IMG/VR virus record: IMGVR_UViG_3300047315_000823
Length of the DNA stretch: 64,000 nucleotides
Direction: 5' to 3' (one strand)
DNA from: a virus
Shown here: positions 8,770 to 18,205 of the stretch, piece after piece
How positions within the stretch are numbered: position 1 is the first letter of the stretch
How the letters are laid out: the number at the start of each line of letters is the position of its first letter
The notes under the pieces: generated by a model
Databases searched by the model: none
The model's input: the letters and a program-made list of their open reading frames with translations, nothing else
Told to the model about the DNA's origin: nothing
Position numbers and translations under genes: made by a program

Positions 8770-9143
8770 CACGCTGCCTCCGCCTGCTGCTGGCGGGCGG
8801 CACGGCGCTTGGCGGCGATGGCCCGGCCCTTGGCGGTCAGGGTCCAGACCTTCAGCCCGTGCCCCTTGGTGGGGCCTGAGGTGGAGGGCACGTCCTGCCC
8901 GGTGCGCATGATGATCCCGGCAGACCGCAGCGAGTTGATGGCGGCGCCGAGGAAGCCTGGCCCCAGGTCCGGGAGCACGTCCCGGAGGTCGTTGCAGGAG
9001 AACTCGGTGACGACGGCCCCGAAGTGGAGGACGGCCTGCTCGACGAGGAACCGGTCCCACTCGGAGTGCTTGGCGATGTCGTCGAGGAGGGCGTCCTTCT
9101 CCGTGGACGCGAGCCGCTCGGCAACAGACAGACGACGGGTCAT
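8769..9143 (-). CDS. Hypothetical protein, possible winged helix
   Basis: 124 aa, AAGGA RBS; FSCNDLR...LGAAINSLRSAGII. Confidence 0.65.
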   Translation of the reverse strand: MTRRLSVAERLASTEKDALLDDIAKHSEWDRFLVEQAVLHFGAVVTEFSCNDLRDVLPDLGPGFLGAAINSLRSAGIIMRTGQDVPSTSGPTKGHGLKVWTLTAKGRAIAAKRRAARQQQAEAA

Positions 9144-9203
9144 GTGATGTCCTTGGGTCGAGGGGCCGGCCGCATTGCCCGCGGCCGGCCTCCGATGTGC
9201 GGG

Positions 9204-10007
9204 CTAGTCGGTGGCGCCGGCGCCGAGTTCGGGGCGCTGCGGCTCGCTGAGGTACTCGGGCGGGACGTCGATGGCGTCGGCCGCGAGGTCGGTGCGGACG
9301 GTGCCGTCGTGGGCCATGGCGCGGGCCAGTGACGCGGACTTCGGCAGGGCCTTGAAGTGGTTGCGCAGCACCGTCTTCTTGGCCTGCTCGTCGTAGTGGT
9401 TCCGCCAGGCCGGGCTGTTGCCGGACTGCATCTTCTGGCGGCGTTCTTCGATCTCCGCCGGATACATGACCTTGAAGGTCCGGCCGCCGTTGATCAGGCG
9501 GGCCACGGAGTAGTAGGCGACCGCCTTGCCGCGCGGGCCCGTCTTGCAGGGGCGGTGAACGAGCGTCTCCTCGAGGCCTTCCTCGTGCTCGAAGTAGTCG
9601 TTCTCCCGGACGGTCTCGACCTTCACCGATGACGCCATCGGGTGCTGGTAGAAGAGCGTCACCATGCCCTGGTAGCCGAGCTGGAACTCGGCCTCTCCCT
9701 TGCGGGGAATGATGTACGCCTCCCCGGTCGGGGAGCCCGGCTCGAAGCCGAGTTGGCTGCAGGTCATCAGCGCGCCGAGGAACGACTCGGTGGTGCAATC
9801 GGCCAGGTCGGGGTTCTTGCGGAGCAGCGTCAAGGCGATGCGGGCCATGCGGTCCGCGTCCATGTGCTTGGGCAGGGCGCGCGCAAGCTCCGGCTTCATT
9901 CGCTCGATCTGCTGCGCCATGGTCGGCTTCTTCTGCTCGCCGTTCTGCTCGAGCTGGCCGACGTTCTCGGCGCGGCGGGCGACGGCGTTGCGGGCATCGT
10001 TGGTCAC
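9204..10007 (-). CDS. recT: RecT-family single-strand annealing protein
   Basis: SFLGALMTCSQLGFEP, EAYIIPR, FQLGYQG, KKTVLR motifs. Confidence 0.92.
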   Translation of the reverse strand: MTNDARNAVARRAENVGQLEQNGEQKKPTMAQQIERMKPELARALPKHMDADRMARIALTLLRKNPDLADCTTESFLGALMTCSQLGFEPGSPTGEAYIIPRKGEAEFQLGYQGMVTLFYQHPMASSVKVETVRENDYFEHEEGLEETLVHRPCKTGPRGKAVAYYSVARLINGGRTFKVMYPAEIEERRQKMQSGNSPAWRNHYDEQAKKTVLRNHFKALPKSASLARAMAHDGTVRTDLAADAIDVPPEYLSEPQRPELGAGATD

Positions 10008-10984
10008 TGCTGCTCCATGACGACGTTGAGGGTGCGGGTGTCTTCGCCCCGGTAGGGCTCGGGGTCGAGGTCGGGGTTGGCCTCGAGGGCGGCGGCCTTC
10101 CAGCTGATCTGGCCGCGCCGGGGGCGCCACGTGTAGGCGAGTTCGCCGCGGATGTAGACATCGGTGGCGTCGCCGGCGATCTGCTTGAGGTGGTTGTCGG
10201 CCTCGGTGAGCGCGCTTTCAGCGGCCTCGAGCTGGGCTTTGGCCAGGCGTCGCGCGGTCAGCCACTTCTCGACCTCGGCCGGGTCGGCGACTGCGTCGAT
10301 GCGCTTCGGGTTGGCGTGGATCCGGTCGAGGACGTCGCCGGTGGCGCGGGATCCGTCGAGAGGCGGCTGCGTGCCGGTCTCGACCCAGCCCCAGAATTCG
10401 GCGGCGATGGCGAGGAGGTCGTTGATGAGCTGCTCGTCGCGTTCGATGCGGTGGACGATGGTGCGTTGTCCGCCGATCAGGGCGGCGCTGTAGCCGAAGG
10501 ACCAGCCGGTGAGTAGGAGTTGCCACTGGGTCTGCACCTGCACGTCGACGGGCGTGTCGTCTTCCCAGTCGGCCAGCGCGTAGCTCGAGCGGGACTTCAG
10601 CTCGACGACGCCGGGCAGGCCTGCTTCCTCGGTGGTGCGGTCGAGGTTGACGATCGCCCACGGGATATCGGGCAGGCGCAGGGTGCCGGGGTTGTCGTAG
10701 ATCGGCAGGCCGGTCTTCTTGGTGAAGCGGCGGGCTGTGACGGGCTCGAGCTCGTGGCCCATCTCGGCGGCCTCGTCCAACGTGGGGTTATCGCGTCGGG
10801 GCACGTGCTGGCCGGTCTTCTTCAGCCAGATCTCGAGCGGGGACGTCCACTTGTTGAGGCCGCAGATCGCAGCGATGTCGGAGCCGCCAATGCCGGTCTT
10901 GCGGACGGCGTGCCACTCGTCGCGGGGCGCGTCGGGGCTGAGGGCGAGGACAGCGCCGGACGGATACGTGAGGGCGGTGGTCAC
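10004..10984 (-). CDS. YqaJ-like (lambda exo family) recombination exonuclease
   Basis: EWHAVRKTGIGGSDIAAI, GHELEP, NLDR, VELKS, QTQWQL. Confidence 0.92.
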   Translation of the reverse strand: MTTALTYPSGAVLALSPDAPRDEWHAVRKTGIGGSDIAAICGLNKWTSPLEIWLKKTGQHVPRRDNPTLDEAAEMGHELEPVTARRFTKKTGLPIYDNPGTLRLPDIPWAIVNLDRTTEEAGLPGVVELKSRSSYALADWEDDTPVDVQVQTQWQLLLTGWSFGYSAALIGGQRTIVHRIERDEQLINDLLAIAAEFWGWVETGTQPPLDGSRATGDVLDRIHANPKRIDAVADPAEVEKWLTARRLAKAQLEAAESALTEADNHLKQIAGDATDVYIRGELAYTWRPRRGQISWKAAALEANPDLDPEPYRGEDTRTLNVVMEQQ

Positions 10985-11232
10985 GCTGCCACCCCGCTCG
11001 CGATGGCCTGCAATTTGGCGAGCCCGTCCTCGTCGTAGCGGGCGAGGCGGAGGGCTTCGGAGAGTTCGGGGTAGGTCTCGCGGAGGATGGCTCGGTTGCG
11101 CATGTCGGCGCTCTCGATGGCGGCCATGAGGTGCTGGGTGAAAGTGCCGGGCTGGGCGCCACCGGTCCGGTCGTAGCGCCATAGGGCGTGACGTGCGGCT
11201 TCGGCGGTGACGGTGAGGCTGCTGGCATCCAT
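10981..11232 (-). CDS. Hypothetical protein
   Basis: 83 aa, co-oriented, GTGA overlap with the downstream gene. Confidence 0.6.
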   Translation of the reverse strand: MDASSLTVTAEAARHALWRYDRTGGAQPGTFTQHLMAAIESADMRNRAILRETYPELSEALRLARYDEDGLAKLQAIASGVAA

Positions 11233-11361
11233 GAGGTCTGCTTTCGGGTGTGCGGATGGGTGGGCGTCTCGCCTCGACCGGGGGGTGTGGTGCGGGGCGA
11301 GACGCCCTGGGTGGTCGCGGAGGTGGGGGGACTCGACGCGACCGGTCTGTGCGGTGGTGGA

Positions 11362-12540
11362 TCAGGCGGCGGAGTCGGCCGGCTGCGGCTTGACCGCCGC
11401 CCATTGGCCGGTCGCCTCGTCGAAGGCGACGTGCGAGTTCGAGGCGACCGTGAAGGTGATGTCGGCCAGGCGTGCGGCGTTCAGGGAGAGGGCGAGACGC
11501 TCCGCCCAAGCAGGCGCCGTCTTCGCGTTCTGCTCCACGACCGCCTTCTCGTAGTCGTCCTGCCACTGCTGCGGCTTGTGACCGGCCTCCTCGGCAGCGC
11601 ACCACGCCCACTCGCCGATCTCGCCGGAGTCGAGCTGCTCAGCAACGTCTGCGACGACGTCCTGCGCTTCACGCGGGTCGACGTTGTGGAGGGCGTCGAG
11701 GTAGCGGAAGGCCATCCAGTTCGCGACGGCGATGCGAATGTGGGCGTGCCACAGTTCGCGGTCGGTGTCGTAGTCGGTGACGTCGCGTGTGGACCGGAGG
11801 ACTTCCCGCAGGAGTGTCTCGCCGGTGTCCTCAACGCTCTTCGGTGCTTCGAAGCGAGAGCCCTCGGGCTTCGGCAGGCTGGCCATGTCGACGTCGGTGC
11901 CGCCCGCGGCGAGGGTCCACAGCCACAGGCTGTGAGCGGACTCGAACGTCTGCTCCTTGACCGGGCCGATGCTGCCGCCGTTGGACGGCATCTGCGCGCC
12001 GATGAAGTCTTCGCCGAAGAACAGGACCGCCTTCCGATCGGCAGTGACCCGGGTGCGAAGACTCTGGCCAGCCGCCGACCAACGCTTCAGGAAAGCAGAG
12101 TTGAGAGCGGGGAACGGTTCACCGTCGACGGTCTGGGCGGCGATCCCGCGGAGCAGTCCCCGCCAGTCCGGGAACTCCAGGCTCGGGTCGACGGTGATGG
12201 TGAGGTCGGCGAGCGGGCCGTCGAAGACGAGGCGGTTCTTGGCGGTGCTGACGGTGATGTGTTCGGCGCCCTTCATCGTGTCGATCCACTCGCGGAGGGT
12301 GCGAAGTTGGCCGGCGGGAATGAGGCGCGCCCACGGCTCCTGGTTCTGGTCGCCGTCGTCCAACCGGTAGCGGGCAGCGGCGACCGTGAACCGGTCGGTG
12401 GCGACGGCGTACAGGTACTGACTGTCGACGTCGAGGCGGATGCCGTGCAGCGGCTCCAGGTCCTCGTAGCCGATGTGCTCGACGGTCTTGTCGATGAGGA
12501 GCTTCAGCTGGTGGGCGTTGATGGTCGCGGACAAGGTCAT
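11362..12540 (-). CDS. DNA polymerase III beta-clamp-like protein with extra C-terminal domain
   Basis: LHGIRLD...YAVATDRFTVA and EFPDWR..L motifs of the DnaN fold in the first ~185 aa. Confidence 0.7.
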   Translation of the reverse strand: MTLSATINAHQLKLLIDKTVEHIGYEDLEPLHGIRLDVDSQYLYAVATDRFTVAAARYRLDDGDQNQEPWARLIPAGQLRTLREWIDTMKGAEHITVSTAKNRLVFDGPLADLTITVDPSLEFPDWRGLLRGIAAQTVDGEPFPALNSAFLKRWSAAGQSLRTRVTADRKAVLFFGEDFIGAQMPSNGGSIGPVKEQTFESAHSLWLWTLAAGGTDVDMASLPKPEGSRFEAPKSVEDTGETLLREVLRSTRDVTDYDTDRELWHAHIRIAVANWMAFRYLDALHNVDPREAQDVVADVAEQLDSGEIGEWAWCAAEEAGHKPQQWQDDYEKAVVEQNAKTAPAWAERLALSLNAARLADITFTVASNSHVAFDEATGQWAAVKPQPADSAA

Positions 12541-12643
12541 CTCCTGTGGGATCGTGGTGTCGATCCCCCGGGCGGTTCCGACGCTCGGGGGGTTTTGCGT
12601 TGGGCGCCGGCCGGGCGGGACGGGACACCGCCCGGCCGGACGA

Positions 12644-13156
12644 TCAGGGGGTGGCGGGCTCGGCGACGAGCAGCGGGATCGGCTGGGTGTCGGCGTTGGA
12701 GCCGTGGCCGGGGTTGGTGACGGCCAGCGGTGAGGCGCCGAGCCGGACCGGCGTGCCGGTCTCGAACCGGTCGGCCGGCGGTGTGGCGGGCGCCTGGTGG
12801 TGGGGCAGCGGCTTGACCGAGTTGACGTTCGCCTTGAAGGCGCGCAGTGCTCGGAGTTCGTCGGTCTGGCTGGCGAGCTGGCGCCGTGCCTCCCCTGCCT
12901 GCTGCTCGGCCTCGTCGTACCGTCCGGCCTTCGCGTACACGTCGGCCCGGATCTGCCGCGCCTCGTCGAGCTGCTCGCGGAGGCTGCGGATCGTGCGGGC
13001 CTGCCCGTCGAACCGGGCCTCCAACGCGGCGGCCTGCTCGGCGCGAGGCATCAAGCCGTGCACCTCGCGCTGCAGTTCACCGAGCAGGCGGTGCAGTTCG
13101 AGGCAGGACAAGCCGCGGTGGGAGATGACGCTGCGGACGGTGTCGACAGTGCTCAC
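12644..13156 (-). CDS. Coiled-coil hypothetical protein
   Basis: Heptad-rich; GTG start overlapping the upstream stop. Confidence 0.6.
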   Translation of the reverse strand: MSTVDTVRSVISHRGLSCLELHRLLGELQREVHGLMPRAEQAAALEARFDGQARTIRSLREQLDEARQIRADVYAKAGRYDEAEQQAGEARRQLASQTDELRALRAFKANVNSVKPLPHHQAPATPPADRFETGTPVRLGASPLAVTNPGHGSNADTQPIPLLVAEPATP

Positions 13157-13314
13157 GGCCGGTCTCCTTTCAGGTGCTGCTGCTGGTCCATGAGGGCGGC
13201 GAGCTCGGCCTGCCGTTCGGCGATGACGGCGGCGGCGAGGCGGATGTACAGGAGGTAGAGGGCGGTCGCGAACTCGTCGGCCGGCGACGGTGAGGCCGGG
13301 AGCGGGGCGGTCAC
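13153..13314 (-). CDS. Small hypothetical protein
   Basis: GTGA overlaps at both ends. Confidence 0.5.
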   Translation of the reverse strand: MTAPLPASPSPADEFATALYLLYIRLAAAVIAERQAELAALMDQQQHLKGDRP

Positions 13315-13571
13315 GGGGTGGCCTCCGGTAGCTGCACGTCCAGGACTTGCCGGTACATGGCCGCCGTGGTCGGCTTCGGCTCCGGTACGAGCGGCCCGTG
13401 CGCGGCGTACACGTCGGGCAGCGGCAGGATCCCGGCGCCGGCCTTGTCGGTGCGGAGCATCAGCGGGTCGCCGGACTCGGTGTGCTCGCACGTCCACAGC
13501 CAGCGCGAACCGTCCAACGCGACCTGCACGCGGTCGAGGTCGATCTCCGTACCGTCGAGGAGGACGGTCAT
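13311..13571 (-). CDS. Small Streptomyces-phage conserved protein
   Basis: DLDRVQVALDGSRW...PLPDVYAAHGPL; ATGA overlap. Confidence 0.6.
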   Translation of the reverse strand: MTVLLDGTEIDLDRVQVALDGSRWLWTCEHTESGDPLMLRTDKAGAGILPLPDVYAAHGPLVPEPKPTTAAMYRQVLDVQLPEATP

Positions 13572-13789
13572 GAGACGGCCGCCAGACTGCTCTCCAGCCG
13601 CGCGATGGACAGCGCCTGCTGGGCGACCTCGACGAGCTTGGCGAGGGTGGCCTCGTCGGCGCCGTCCAGGTTGAGGGCGAGAGCCGTACCGAGGCCGATG
13701 ATGGAGTGGCCGTTGTAGACCTCGAAGGTGATGAGGTCCGGCTGGTCGCCGAGGCTCATCGAGGCCTGGGACAGGCGGGGCTGGCTCAC
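13568..13789 (-). CDS. Hypothetical protein
   Basis: 73 aa, AGGAG RBS, overlaps both neighbours. Confidence 0.6.
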   Translation of the reverse strand: MSQPRLSQASMSLGDQPDLITFEVYNGHSIIGLGTALALNLDGADEATLAKLVEVAQQALSIARLESSLAAVS

Positions 13790-14097
13790 GACATCTCCTT
13801 GAGGGCTTCACGGGCGGCACGGTTGGCGGTCTCGCGGGCGGCCATCTCGGCAGCCCAGGCCGGGTAGTCAGCGAGCTGGGTGACTGCGGCCTTGGGGTGG
13901 GTGACCAGCCACTCGTCGAGGTGGTAGGCGATCTGGTCCGACGGGGAGTGGGTGTGCTCGGCCGCGTCGGCGAGGAGCTGGCAGGCCTGCTGCCGGGCGA
14001 CCGTGGCACGGATGTCGGCGGCCAGCCGGGACAGCGGCACGTCAACGTCGGCCGGACGTGGGGCCACGGTCTGGAAGCGCTTCGGGGTGAAGGTCAT
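13786..14097 (-). CDS. Hypothetical protein
   Basis: Start MTFTPK with ATGA overlap. Confidence 0.6.
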   Translation of the reverse strand: MTFTPKRFQTVAPRPADVDVPLSRLAADIRATVARQQACQLLADAAEHTHSPSDQIAYHLDEWLVTHPKAAVTQLADYPAWAAEMAARETANRAAREALKEMS

Positions 14098-14240
14098 GAC
14101 GCGCCCCCAATCGGCATCGGCAGGGCGCCAGCGGCGGCGACCGTCGCGTCCAGGTCCGGCTCCGCTCCGTGCACCGGGCAGCTGGCGTCCCAGTCGCAGT
14201 CCGTCGTGGCATCGACGGGGTTCCATCCGCAGGCGGTCAT
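14094..14240 (-). CDS. Small hypothetical protein
   Basis: MTACGW...CPVHG; ATGA overlap, GGAGG RBS. Confidence 0.5.
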   Translation of the reverse strand: MTACGWNPVDATTDCDWDASCPVHGAEPDLDATVAAAGALPMPIGGAS

Positions 14241-14623
14241 GAGGCCACCTCCGTCCGCTGCTCGCCGGGGTGCGTCTGGTTGCGGACGGGCTTCCACGGC
14301 GGCTTCCCGGATCCGGGGCACGGCTCGGACCAGTTCTTGCCGTTCCAGCGGTGGTTGCCCATGACGCCCTCGCGGGTCATGGCCCGGTCCTTGCAGCAGT
14401 GCTTGCACCAACCGCGCGGGCGGACCGGCTCGGGGACGGCGGGGTAGACGATCCGGTAGCAGGGGTGGCCGATGGTGCGGCGCTTCTCGCCGTCGATGCG
14501 GAAGCGGAGGTAGCCGCCGCCCGCGCCGATGATCGTGGCGGGCTTGCCGTCGTACTCGATGCGCATGCCGTGACGGGCGGGGACGTCGTACTGGCGGCGG
14601 ATCCACTCCATCGTGCTGGTCAC
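14237..14623 (-). CDS. Hypothetical protein (SH3-like N-terminus plus Zn ribbon)
   Basis: YDVPARHGMRIEYDGKPATI; CKHC...H...CPGSG. Confidence 0.65.
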   Translation of the reverse strand: MTSTMEWIRRQYDVPARHGMRIEYDGKPATIIGAGGGYLRFRIDGEKRRTIGHPCYRIVYPAVPEPVRPRGWCKHCCKDRAMTREGVMGNHRWNGKNWSEPCPGSGKPPWKPVRNQTHPGEQRTEVAS

Positions 14624-15351
14624 CGGAGCACCGCCTTCTTGGCCGGGTCCCAGGTGCAGGACTCCTGCCCCTTCTGCTTCACGTCGCGGCAGATCCCGGG
14701 CTGGTGAACGGGCGAGCGGCGGCAGTAGTGGTCGAGGTGCTCCGGGCAGTGCGAGCCGCAGACCGTCGCGTCGTACTGGCGGATGCCCCAGACGATTGCG
14801 CGGCAGGCGAAGAGGTACTCCCAGGAGAAGTCGTCGAAGGACTGCTCCCACGTGTCGGGGATCCTGAGCCGGAAGTCGCCGTGGCTGAACGAGGCGACCG
14901 CGTACTCGGCGGTCCCGCGGTACTCAAGGCTGTGGTCTTCGGAGTGGAGGATCTGCTGGCCGACCGCCGCAACGGCGCCCGGGTAGCAAGCCTCGGCCCC
15001 GACTGCTTCCTCCATCACCCAGGTGCGGAACTTCTCCTCCGACCAGTCCTTGACGTCGCCTCGGCCGGCAGTGACCTTCTCCTGCCAGTAACCGGGGTTG
15101 ATGTCGCCGTGGTTGGACTCACGGAACAGGCGGAACAGGTCGACCGTCGGGTGGATGGAGAAGCCGAAGCTGATCCCGTCACCACGGACGAAGAGGTTGT
15201 TCGGCCAGGTCACCAGGTCGAAGCGGTAGAAGCTGCCCTTCGGGTCCGTGAAGACCAGGTGTCGGTACATGCCCTCGTCCTTCAGGACGGTCAGCTCGTG
15301 GTTGCGGGTCTCGGCCTTGAAGCGGGCCAGAGAGGAGGCGTAGTCGCTCAT
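14620..15351 (-). CDS. Conserved phage protein
   Basis: HELTVLKDEGMYRHL, FDLVTWP, INPGYWQEK, YLFACRAIVWGI, recognised from phage early regions. Confidence 0.7.
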   Translation of the reverse strand: MSDYASSLARFKAETRNHELTVLKDEGMYRHLVFTDPKGSFYRFDLVTWPNNLFVRGDGISFGFSIHPTVDLFRLFRESNHGDINPGYWQEKVTAGRGDVKDWSEEKFRTWVMEEAVGAEACYPGAVAAVGQQILHSEDHSLEYRGTAEYAVASFSHGDFRLRIPDTWEQSFDDFSWEYLFACRAIVWGIRQYDATVCGSHCPEHLDHYCRRSPVHQPGICRDVKQKGQESCTWDPAKKAVLR

Positions 15352-16253
15352 GCCGCACCGCCGTTGTGGCGCTGCTGCGGCAGGCGGACAACCTGCGCAC
15401 CCGGAATCGCTGGCCGGTTCCGCGACGGCAGACCATCGCGTTCCAGCGCGGCCACGAGATCCAGTTCGGCCTCGCCAGGGATTACGAGGGTCTGCTGGCG
15501 GCGCACCCGGTTCCGGTCCAACTTGGGCGCCAGGTAGAAGTAGCGCTTGCCCTTCGCCGTCGGATGCGCGTGCTCCGGGCCGTCCTTCCACTCGTTCTTC
15601 CGCTCGTCCCAGCGGGTGTTCCGCTGGTCGATCAGGTAGTCCTTGCGGTAGAGGTGCTCGAAGAAGTCCCGCTCCCCCACCTCGGGGAAGTGCGTCTTGT
15701 GGAACACGGTCGGCGTGATGCCCGGGTTGGCTTCGTAGTCGTCGGCGACGCGGGCCTTCGGGGAGAGGCGGGAGTTCGTTTCGACGAGCTCCGTGTTCTC
15801 CGCCCGGATGTCTTCCAACTCGCGGGCCTGGCGGGCGGCGAGCTCCAGTGCGCCGGCGAATGTCGTCGGGACCATGAACTGGTGGGCCTGCGCGACCTCG
15901 GCCTCGCGGGTCTTCGCCGCGAAGTAGGTCTGCGCGGCAGCCACTTCCGGCTTCCGCGGGTCACCGTTCATGGCAGTCAGGTACGCGGCGTATCGGGTCA
16001 GCCGGTAGTCGTTGCCGGGTCGGCCACCCTGGCGGGAGGGGTTCTTAGGGATGACCCTGAAAACCTCCAACGGGTCCAGGCCCGTGTTGCGAGCGGCAGC
16101 CATGGCGCGCTCGATTACCGGCTCGAACTGCTGCCAGCGGGGGTAAGCCATCTGCGGCATCAGCTCGCGGGCGAACCAGTGCTCGCCTTCATCGTCCAGG
16201 TGCCTGGTGCTGTCGAACGGGGATGATCCGTCCGATGGGATGATGGAGGACAA
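15348..16253 (-). CDS. Phage antirepressor (Bro-N/DinD-like plus KilAC-like)
   Basis: WFARELM...Y..W..F..VIERA, DYRLTRYAAYLTAMNGDPRKPEVAAAQTYFA, PTTFAGALELAA, PKARVAD. Confidence 0.8.
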   Translation of the reverse strand: MSSIIPSDGSSPFDSTRHLDDEGEHWFARELMPQMAYPRWQQFEPVIERAMAAARNTGLDPLEVFRVIPKNPSRQGGRPGNDYRLTRYAAYLTAMNGDPRKPEVAAAQTYFAAKTREAEVAQAHQFMVPTTFAGALELAARQARELEDIRAENTELVETNSRLSPKARVADDYEANPGITPTVFHKTHFPEVGERDFFEHLYRKDYLIDQRNTRWDERKNEWKDGPEHAHPTAKGKRYFYLAPKLDRNRVRRQQTLVIPGEAELDLVAALERDGLPSRNRPAIPGAQVVRLPQQRHNGGAA

Positions 16254-16341
16254 CGGGGTCCCCTTCCTTCTCAGTGGTGGAGGTGGATCTCGATCGAGGT
16301 CGTCCCGGGCTTGGCGGTTACGGGGCGGCCTCTTTGCCGCT

Positions 16342-16623
16342 CTAAGCGGCGACGCGGGCCGGCCTGCGCGGTTCGGCGGGGCGGGACTCCAGGAGGCGTG
16401 TGGGGTCCGGGGTCATGGCGGCCTGGTACTGGCCTTCGAGGTAGGCGTCGAGGTCCGCAATGCGGTAGGCGACGTAGCGGCCGATGTTGTAGCCCGTGGG
16501 GCCCTTGCCCTTGACGCGCCACTTGCGGAGCGTTGCGAGGGTGACTCCGATGTAGGGGGCGGCGTCTTCGATCCAGAGGCACCCTTCGGGCGCCCGCTGC
16601 TTCGGTCCCTTCCTGTTGTGCAC
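16342..16623 (-). CDS. HTH_17 excisionase/RDF-like protein
   Basis: EDAAPYIGVTLATLRKWRVKGKGP...VAYRIADLDAYL; AAGGAG RBS before the GTG. Confidence 0.8.
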   Translation of the reverse strand: MHNRKGPKQRAPEGCLWIEDAAPYIGVTLATLRKWRVKGKGPTGYNIGRYVAYRIADLDAYLEGQYQAAMTPDPTRLLESRPAEPRRPARVAA

Positions 16624-16627
16624 TGGT

Positions 16628-16912
16628 CTACTCCTTAGAGGTGGGGGGTATACGGGGAGACGGATCGTCCAGTTCTGGAGACGCCGGAGGCGCGAAGAGG
16701 ACCAGGAGGGCGACGCCGAGGGACTCCACGAGGGAGTGGGCGTCTTCCATATCTGCGGTTCTCTGCCGGCCGGTGGCGAGCTTTTCGATGAGGCCGGATC
16801 CGCAGCCACTGGCTTCCGCCAGGCTGTCGTATCCGTAGGGGGCGCCCCGGCCTGGGTTTTTCATGACCCACTTGAAGATGTGGGCGCTCTTCAGCGTGTA
16901 TCTGCGGCTCAA
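16628..16912 (-). CDS. Cro-like XRE HTH protein
   Basis: First gene divergent from the repressor; DSLAEASGCGSGLIEKLATG. Confidence 0.75.
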   Translation of the reverse strand: MSRRYTLKSAHIFKWVMKNPGRGAPYGYDSLAEASGCGSGLIEKLATGRQRTADMEDAHSLVESLGVALLVLFAPPASPELDDPSPRIPPTSKE

Positions 16913-17054
16913 TGGTTCCCCCGAGGTGCGGAACTGCCTTGATGAGACGAGTTAAGCACGGCGGAGACGAATCGTCTACCAATCTGGACGACGTACCACC
17001 CGGTATCGGCAAACTTTCTGGCTGGTTACCATGCTTCTGTAGACGATCCGTCTC
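16657..17054. promoter_or_regulatory. Three operator sites, consensus GAGACGRATCGTCYA
   Basis: 16657-16672 GAGACGGATCGTCCAG; 16964-16979 GAGACGAATCGTCTAC; 17039-17054 reverse complement GAGACGGATCGTCTAC. Confidence 0.75.
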
Positions 17055-17153
17055 CAGAAGGGGATGGTTGTACGGCGTGACCTGCTATTTTTCCGGCGCC
17101 AACCCCCACGGATAGAGACAGTCGGTGCGAACGTGACGCGAGAGGACGACGAC

Positions 17154-17591
17154 ATGACAGTCCCGGCCAAAGCTCCGGAGTCCGGCGCGACGCAGCCGGC
17201 GACAGACGTCGGGGCGCTCTCCCAACTCATCCAGGAAGCGCTCGACAAGGGCGACTCCTACCAGCGCCTCGCCGACCGGGCCATCGACCCCCAAACCGGC
17301 GAGACCGTCTCCAAGCCCTACCTCCAGCGCATCGTGAAGACGCCGCCCGCGAACCCGCCGACGCCGCCCATGATGGGCGCGATCGCGGCGGCCCTCGGCA
17401 AGCCCGTGTGGCGCATCAAGGAAGCCGTCGCCAAGCAGTGGCTGCTGTACGAGGCGACAGAACTCGCCGGCTACGACGCCGAGGTGCGCATCATCGTCGG
17501 ACACCTCGCCGGCAAGTCGAAGGCGGAGCTGATGAAGTGGCGCTACATGATCGAGGCGGACGAGCGGGCGCGGCGCGAGGCCGGCGAGTAG
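17154..17591 (+). CDS. Immunity repressor (XRE-type HTH)
   Basis: SYQRLADRA...VSKPYLQRIVK; divergent from the Cro-like gene and upstream of the integrase. Confidence 0.8.
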   Translation: MTVPAKAPESGATQPATDVGALSQLIQEALDKGDSYQRLADRAIDPQTGETVSKPYLQRIVKTPPANPPTPPMMGAIAAALGKPVWRIKEAVAKQWLLYEATELAGYDAEVRIIVGHLAGKSKAELMKWRYMIEADERARREAGE

Positions 17592-17746
17592 CGCATCGCC
17601 CGCCGGACTTCGTCCCGTGATCACGAATGTCCGTAAGTAGACTTTGCTTCAACTGATTGTCGAACACTCCCTGTAGACGTACCCTTCACCAACCGTGCAC
17701 TTCTGGCCGTTCTGGCGCGTTGTGCATCGTGCGCTAGGAGGGCCGG

Positions 17747-18190
17747 ATGCTGGACGTCACCTATGAGGCCGTCGAAGACCTCCCGCCAGGCAGACTGGCG
17801 ACGATCGAGGAAGACCGCGGGAAGATCCGCGTCAAGGTCGATGCGACGGAGCCGCTCGCGTCCGTCGTCCGCCAACTCAACGTCGAGATCGACCGGTTGC
17901 TGACCAGCTCGGATTGGTTCCAACTGTGGGGCGACGAGATCGTCAGCCGCAGTACACCCGCCTCTCCCCTGCGGATCGAATACGTACTTCACCGACTGGT
18001 GCCCGACACGGCCATCCTCACCGAGAGCAAGGGCTGCGTTCGCGTCCACATCGACCCCGCCCTCAGCACCGAAGAGTTCGCCGCGGTGATGAATCCGGCC
18101 ACGAAGGACATCCTCGCCGGGGGACAGTGGTTCCAGCTGTACGGCGGCGAGATCATCGACAACTCGCCGGAGCCCATCACTCGGGTCTGA
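17747..18190 (+). CDS. Hypothetical protein with two internal ~70-aa repeats
   Basis: Halves end in WFQLWGDEIV and WFQLYGGEII; GGAGG RBS. Confidence 0.75.
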   Translation: MLDVTYEAVEDLPPGRLATIEEDRGKIRVKVDATEPLASVVRQLNVEIDRLLTSSDWFQLWGDEIVSRSTPASPLRIEYVLHRLVPDTAILTESKGCVRVHIDPALSTEEFAAVMNPATKDILAGGQWFQLYGGEIIDNSPEPITRV

Positions 18191-18205
18191 CGAACGGGGG
18201 CGGCG

